From NCBI GenBank assembly GCA_043228905.1, contig JBHGNT010000008.1:8060001-8124000 (forward strand): DNA of 64,000 bases, in the 5' to 3' direction. The notes under the pieces are model-generated. The model saw nothing but the letters and a program-made list of their open reading frames with translations, made no database searches and had not been told where the DNA came from. Shown here piece after piece: positions 56,445 through 64,000 of the stretch. Position 1 is the stretch's first letter. Every line of letters begins with the position of its first letter. The translations under genes were made by a program, and so were the position numbers. This stretch comes from Azolla caroliniana. Taxonomy: Eukaryota; Plantae; Polypodiophyta.

Positions 56445-59400
56445 TGTAGAAAGTAGCGTGCGGAAGCAGGTATGAAGACAGAACAGAGGAAGGAAACTCA
56501 GGTTCAATGGAGAGCTTAGGCTTACACGGTATACGCGGCAGAGATAGAGAGAGAAACACAAAAAACTATATTTAACAATAACAGTCAATCTCTATACATA
56601 CGACGTGCTCAGTGAGCACTTTTATACAAGTCCTAAAAGGACTGACCGAAGTACTGATAGTACTTCAATGCTCATCAAGAGCCCCTACACTAACTCCCAA
56701 ATATATTCCTCACGGAATATCTTTCCTAACGACCTCTCGGTTTACACGCTCGGCCTAACCGATCCGGTCCTCGGCTTCTTCAGCCGATCCGGCCGATGTT
56801 GAGCTTGTCTCTCAACACTCCCCCTCAATCTCAACTTGAGGCTCTTCGGGATCTTCACAGCACCGGTTCCTCCTGGCTTCATGCCTCGCTCACGCTCCTC
56901 GACCTGTTCGACTCCGCGCGCTTCGACCCTTCCGGTCGGCTTGTCTGCTCATGCGGCCCTTAGCTCTTCTGTTGTTGCGGTGTTGACGCTTCTTCTTCTG
57001 CCTTTTCTTCCGCTTGGGCCTCGGTTGATTCAGCGTGTCTGAATCAAACATCCGAACCGACTCGGCTACCTCCGATCGGTCTTCACTCTCGTCCGAGTTG
57101 ACTGTCTCCAACTCGTCTTCGGTCTTCTCGCCCTCGATGGCGTCATCCTCCTCATGCGTGGTTGGCTTCAGCTCTCTCCTTCGGTTGCTCCCCTTCTGTC
57201 TGCTTCCGAACCTTTCCGCGGGTCCGCCCTCGGCTTTTTCAGCCGATCCGATGTCGAACTCGACAACCGACATGGTGTCGCGGTGTCCGCTCCTTTCCTG
57301 CTGCTTTGCTTGGTCGTTCGGGACTATTCTCCCCCTCAAGTTCGGCACGTCAAGGTGACACAACCCGAGCGCACCTGAGAATTGCCGCAACTTGTCCAGA
57401 CCAAGAGGCTTGGTGAAGATGTCGGCAGCCTACCGATCCGTCGGAATGTACTGAAGTTCGACTTCACCACAAAGGACACGCTCATGGACGAAATAGTAGT
57501 GCACCTCAATGTGCTTGGTCCGTGCATGGAAGACGGGGTTCTTCCTGAGTTGAATGCTACTGAGGTTGTCGCAGTAGATCGTTGTCGGATCTGACAGCTC
57601 CTCTTGCAGGTCCTTAAGTAGCCGCTTCAACCATATGGCTTCGCATGTCGCGACAGCCGCTCCTCGGTACTCCGCTTCAGTGCTCGACAGTGCAACTGTC
57701 GGCTGTTTCTTACTGCTCCACGCGATCGCGGCACTCCTGAGGGAGAACGCGTATCCAGACGTGGATCGGCGATCGATGGCGTTGCCAGCCCAATCAGCAT
57801 CGGTGTAGCCGACTAACTGCGCGGCTGCACCGGTCCGATATAGTAGTCCCCGGTCCTTAGTGCCGTTGACATACCGAAGTATGCGTTGCGCGTACTGAAG
57901 GTGCTCCTCGGTAGGTCGTGCCATGAACTGACTGATCACCCCGACCGGATAACTGAGGTCGGGTCGGGTGATGGTCAAGTATATGAGGCTTCCAACAATT
58001 TGTCGGAACCTCGTCGGGTCGCATACCTTTCCCGTATCAGGACGAAGCTTGACGGTTCTATCCAGAGGAGTCGAGATGGACTGACAGTCGGCCATCCCGA
58101 GTTTGAAGAGCATACTCAGCACGTAATGAAGTTGGCTGATCAATATGCCTTCGGGGGTACGGATCACTTCGATCCCGAGGAAGTAATGAAGGTCCCCCAG
58201 ATCCTTCATGTTGAACGATGCCGCAAGCTGGAACTTCACGCGGTCGATTTCACCTAGGTCGGCGCCGGTGATGACCAAGTCATCAACATATAGTAAAATA
58301 CTAACCGGTCCGAGTCAACCTTTCCGGATGAACAGGGAAGAGTCTAATTTTGACGTGACGAAGCCCATCCGACGCAGTTGTTGCGTGATCTTCGCGTTCC
58401 AGGCACGCGGGGCTTGCTTCAATCCGTAAAGGGACTTCTTCAGTCGGCATACTGCCGAGGAGTTCGTTCCTGTTCCTCAAGGTCACCTTGCAGGAACGCA
58501 TTCTTTACATCCATCTGATATAAGTGCCACCCTTTGGCCTCGGCTACTGCGAGCAAAACACGGACGGTCGTCATTTTCGCGACAGGCGTAAACGTCTCAT
58601 CGTAGTCAATGCCGTGTTTTTGCGCGTAGCCCTTTGCCAATAGCCGAGCCTTCTACCGGTTGACTGAACCATCGGTGTTGTACTTGACTTTGTACATCCA
58701 TCTACACCCGATCGGCTTCACACCCTTCGGTGCGTCAACCAGGTCCCAGGTCTCGTTCTCCGCCAATGCGTGCATCTCTTCCTCCATCGTGGCACGCCAA
58801 TTCGCGTCTTTAGCCGCTTCTGCGTAGCTCTATGGCTCACGCACTTCCGCTACACGGGTCATGTACGCATAATGATGCGCCATGTACTCGTTGTATCCGA
58901 ACCGCACAACTGGGTTCTTCTGGCGGGTAGATCGGCGTAATCTCACATTAGCCGATGTTGAGGCCTTCTCGGTCGACGCGGTCTTCATCTTTAAAGACCT
59001 GTCACCGGTTCCCTTAGAGTCGGACTCGCGTCGGTTTGACTCGTTCCTTTCCGTGCCGGAATCCGACACCTTCTTCTTCCCTTTCTCCTTGCACGTAAGC
59101 CGTCTCCTCGGCTTCCTGCGCGGGGATTGCATGGCCGAGTCTCCACTACTCGCCGGCTCTTCATCGGACTGGTCGTACCGACTCAGTCGTCCAATCGGTC
59201 CACTTAACCGGAGTGAAATCGAACTCTCTTCGCAGGTCTCGATTTCGGGCTCATCCGGAGGCATCTCGGCCTCGCTGACCTCATCATCAGAGCTTGTATT
59301 GGAGTCGGGGTTCCGAGTCGAGGGCAGGTACCAGGACGCGGACTCGTCAAACACAACGTCGCGGCTGACACGCGCTTGTTTGGTCCGAGGGTTATAGCAC

Positions 59401-61370
59401 TTATAACCCTTCTGCTCGTCCGAGTAACCGATCAAGATGCACTTCTCAGCCTTTGCGTCCAGCTTCCTCCTTTTCTCCTTCGGTACATGCACATACGCAA
59501 TGCTACCGAACACCCTCAAGTGTCGCAAGTTCGGCTTCGTTCCGAAATATAGCTCGTGCACCGACACTTTGTCTCCAATCCGGTTCTGGATGTATACCGC
59601 GGTCCTTACTGCCTCGGCCCAGTAGAACTTGGGCAAGCTCTTCTCCTCCAGCATTGCCCGTGCCGCTTCCACAACTGACCGATTCTTTCTCTCGGCCACG
59701 CCGTTCTGCTCCGGTGTGTATCTACAACTGAATTCGTGCCGAATTCCCATTTGTTGTAGATAACCGTTGAATTGACCGGAAAAGTACTCTTTCCCGCCAT
59801 CCGACCGCAGGCACTTGATCTTTCGTCTCGTTTCGGCTTCCACGAACCCTTTGAGGTCCCGGAAACAGTCGAAGACTTCGCTCTTCCTCTCAATGAGGTA
59901 GATCCACATGTGCCGCGTGTGGTCGTCGATGAAGGAGACGAAATATCGGCTCCCGCCAAGACTAACTGTTTGTGCCGGCCCCCACACATTCGAGTGTATA
60001 AGGTCGAGCTTGTTCTGGCTCCGGTTTCGCTCGTTGGGTAAAGGAAGTCGGTGTTGCTTCCCGAGCTGGTAGGCTTCACAAATTTGTGCCTTTCGGCCAC
60101 TAAATTTGGGCAAACCGAACACTACCTGGTTCGTTTGTAGATCTTGAAGCTGCTGATAGTTGACGTGGCCTATCTGCTTGTGCCACAAGTTGATGTCCGA
60201 CTCAGCTTTTTGTCCCTTCGCGAACATTGCGGTGCCGTCGTCAATGGAGTCGAGGATGAACATCCTCCCGTCTCTGGGCCCTTGCGCAATCACATGGCCT
60301 TCTTCCTCAATGAAGCACCCGAGTGTGTAAACCGAACCTCCATCCCTTGGTCGACGATCTGTCCGACCGAGACCAAGTTTTTCGAGATATCCGGAACGTG
60401 CAACACGTTCTTGAGTTTCCCTTTCTGCCCGACATGGCTAAGGGGATCTTCTCCGACATTCGCGATCGGATGCGGAGTGTCGTCTCGTGTTGCGACTACT
60501 CCCGGTTGTATCGGTTTTTCAAGGTACGAGAACCACTCCTTATGGCTCGTCATGTGGTTTGACGCATGGGAGTCTACGTACCACACCTCGTCCGATCTCG
60601 GGGTGCTCTATTTCATTGAGTTTGCTTCGTGTTTCGTCATGAAGACAAACCCTTCTCCGGCTCTCCCGGAGTCTTTGGCGTAGTGCGATCGCTGCCGATT
60701 TCCCTTGTCGGTATGTCTGGAGCCGTTCCTAGAACCAGTTCTCTCCGAATCGGCGCGCTTCTTCCAGCACTCGCTTTCCCTGTGGCCTTTCTTGCCACAG
60801 TACCAGCAATCTGCGATGGCCTTCCCTTGCCGGTTCTCATCGCTTTGACTCCCCCTGTTTCCGGAGGGTCCGGAGGGTCCGGAGTTGCTGTCGGCATCAC
60901 TTCGGTGCCTTCTTTCTTGATCTCGTCGGCCGCCTCCATTGCGTGCCGACTCGCCTCGTCCTCCACATCCACGGGTCCTATCTCCCTCCGTATACAACAT
61001 TCTGCTATCGGTGTGCGTGCTTGTAGACGCACCCACGTGGTTCTCCTCTACCAGGAGCATTGACTGTAAGTCGAAAAAGGACGGCGTATTCTCCCGGGTA
61101 CACACAACCGTTCGGAACGCTCTGAACTTCGACACCAAACCTCCGAGACAGATCTGGACCATCTCGCTCTCCTCGATGTTCACCTCTATGGAGGCGAGGG
61201 AGTCGCAGATATCCTTGATCTTCGAGGTATAGTCTGCCACCGACAAGTCGGGTTGTCGTAGGTTGCTCAACTCCTGTCGGAGTTGAAGCTTCCTGGCTGT
61301 GGTGCTCGCGGCGAAAATCTTCTTCAGATTTTCCCACGCACCCTTTGGCGTCTTTGCATCCCGAACATAG
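56445..61370 (-). mobile_element. Ty1/copia element C (3' LTR 56445-56817; gag, PR, IN 58830-60293, RT, RNase H), with stops; gag interrupted by the next gypsy insertion
   Basis: LTR homologous to 28748-29133; [43 protein letters not shown] motifs. Confidence 0.92.
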
Positions 61371-64000
61371 TGTGAAAGTGTTTTTAGAATCTAAGCCATT
61401 GAACATTAGGAGAATATAAATTCACCTTTTGAGGATAAGAACACGAACTAAGACCTTAGGGAAGAAGTCAAAAGTAAAAGTACGAGACCAAGAGAAAAGT
61501 TAAAAAGAGAAAACGCAGACTATAAAAAACAGTAAAACTAGAATGGTCATAACTCCCTCTTTGTTTATCCAAATATCACGTTTAAATATGGATTAGAAAG
61601 CTTGTAAAAAGAGCTTTCTATAGCTTTTTAAATCGCTTAATTTGGATATCGGATGAGGTAGATATGACGATTAGAAGGTCGATGTGTCATAGCTAAAAAT
61701 AGGGAGATAAAAAGCTTCTAAAAATAGCATGAACGTGGATAAGAAGAGGAAGTTTATAAAAGAAGAAAGTGATATTAGTGAGGAGGGGGGCGAAGAGTGA
61801 AGGAAAAAGAGTGGATGAGGAGTGTTAGGAAGAAGTGTCTTTGTGGAAGAGGAAGTGTCTTAGAAGAGGAAGGTCTTTGGTTTTAGTTCAATGTGGAGTT
61901 TGTCTCCTTTGTATTCTCTTGATGTTGGAATATCAGAACATTCTTATTTCTTGCTCGTTTTCTCTATCTTTTTTCTTAGTTTCTTGAGTTATACTCTCTA
62001 ATCATAATTACCTAGAGCTATATAATATATTATGATTTTCAACTCCATCTAATCGGTTTGGTCAAGCCCTCATATAGTGTATAACTATCTATTATCTTAT
62101 ACACCCTATCATTTTGGCGCTCCAGGGAGGGTCGATCCTTTCCGTATAGGAAGAGAAGTTATCATTTAATTGTGTTACTATATTACATTAACTTAGCTAT
62201 GCAATTTGCATTTTCGGGTGAAAGAACACAAGATGCTGGTGCCTTTTTGGCATGCTTTGAGCATCATGCCATATCTATTGGACGCATCACCGACAACGAA
62301 AAGTTGCCCTTGTTGGTAGCTACATTCTATGGTCGTGCTCGAGATTGGTATGACTCTCTTCCGCAAAATGAACAAGGAGAATATCAATTATTGGTGCATC
62401 AATTTCGTACAAGATATATTCAATGGAAAAGTGCAACTGAGGTAAGGGAGGAGCTTTTTCAACTAAAGATGGAATCACCTTTTGGTTTTTTAGAGTATGA
62501 ACGAAATTTCCAAGAATTGTGGACGACGTGGATTCGTCTTCGTGGTGGCACCGAAGACGAGTGGTTTAAGATAGAACAATTTAAGGTGGGCCTTGATATG
62601 CATTTCCGTTTGGAGGCAAGCTTGAAGGATCCAACGACTTTTCAAGCTCTTCTCCAAGTTTGTCAAGATTATGATCGACAAGTGAAGATGATGAGTTCCA
62701 TGGGGGATCCCCAAATGACGGCTTTGGGTGCAAATTTGATGCCTCGTGCCAACTTTCAAGCCTTATCTTCAATTGTGCATGGTGGACAAGTGTTTCCAAA
62801 TGTGTATACCACCACAACAATAAACCCAACAAGTATATCTCAAGAAGTGGAACAAGTGAAGAGTGAACAAGATACAATGGCGTTGGTGAATCGGCGCTTT
62901 GATGAAGTGATGGCCCACTTGCAACAATCCCAAGCAATTCGCAACACTATTCCCGATGGTGGTGGCTCTAGAGGGCATCAAGGTGTAATTTGTTATTCTT
63001 GTCAAGAGGAGGGACACTCAACAAGATGTCCTCATCGACAACAAAGAGGTATGGAAAGAGACATGTATGAAGTGCAACGGAATGGACAACGACCTATCAA
63101 CAATGGAGTCGAAGGAGGCGAATCCATAACACTTCCAATGACTCAGGTTCCTACAATTCCTCATAATGTGAATCTTCTTAATTTTATTGATGATAGTGAT
63201 AGTGCTTGTGAAGTAGCTCTTGTGAAAAGGACAAGAGCCTCGCAAAAGGAGAAAGAAGTTGAAGGAGAATCTAGTGACTCAAGACAAAAGAAGAAGTCTA
63301 AGGAGAATGAGAAAGAGGACAAATTGAGAAGGAGACACTCTAGAAGGGGAAGATAAAGATGGAGGATATTCCTATGGGAGAAGGTGTAGAATCTTTCAAT
63401 CGGAAGCATGAATTGATATCGAGTGGACCAAGGATAACATGGCCGCAACTTCTCCAATTATCATCCACATTACAAAATGAGTGGGGGAGGCTTGTGAGTA
63501 TTTGCCAAAGTCAAAAGACCGTGCATTACGTGGGGATCATGCGAGTAGAAGATCGAAAGGACATACGTCCAATCATCCCTGTCTCCATCAAAGGGGTTCA
63601 CATCAAAGATGCCTTGGGTGATAGTGGTGCTAGGGTAAGCTTGATTTCTGAATTTGTAGTAAACAAAGTAGGAATTCCTATTAGTAGGTCATCTTCAACA
63701 AGGGTGGTTGTAGTAGATAGTGGAGTGGGGCATTGCACAAGCATAGTGGAGGATGTGTTCATCAAGTGTTTTGGAATAAGAGGAGAAGCTTGCAACAAAT
63801 ACCACATCAACTTGAAGGAAAGTGTATCAATTTCCCCAAAGCTTCGGCAATTGAGTGTTGAACAAAAGGAAGAATTTATGCAAGAGTTCAACGCATGGTT
63901 ACAAGAAAGTTCCAATTATAAGATGGAAGATTTGAGGTGTGTGTCACCTATAGTTTTGGTTCCAAAGAAGAATGAGATCAATTTCAAACCCTTGAATGAT
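61371..64000 (+). mobile_element. Ty3/gypsy element 5' part: LTR 61371-62111, PBS at 62115 (TGGCGCTCCAGGGAGGG, possibly tRNA-Asn), gag 62199-63356, degenerate PR/RT start; runs off the window
   Basis: TG..CA termini; retrotransposon gag motif (FSGE..GRARDWYDSL); CYSCQEEGH knuckle; DSGA-type protease; SPIVLVPKKN. Confidence 0.8.

Overview
Eukaryotic, land-plant intergenic or heterochromatic DNA. The plastid ndhH fragment and plant tRNA primer sites indicate a plant; a fern-like host is only an inference. The window is almost entirely nested transposable elements and contains no host gene. There are at least 8 Ty3/gypsy and 4 Ty1/copia insertions or remnants plus a solo LTR. Two gypsy copies are young and full length (35312-44665 and 44695-51769). 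The most striking item is a 12.4-kb TIR DNA transposon (3078-15509; 25-bp TIRs starting GGG; 4-bp TTAT TSD; Sola2-like DDD transposase). It carries a second, convergent, apparently intact 6-exon gene (~776 aa: coiled coil, RING-like finger, acidic repeats, degenerate FCP1/NIF-like phosphatase). Large arrays of the palindrome TAGCTAATTAGCTA fill one intron of each gene, and the motif also sits beside both TIRs. The layout recalls VANDAL/VANC anti-silencing systems, but in a different superfamily. Other notable signals: a young gypsy element has a tRNA-Arg 3'-end mimic where the polypurine tract should be; a tRNA-Trp-primed gypsy family has a covarying -1 frameshift pseudoknot between protease and RT; and a copia family has two PPT-like tracts.
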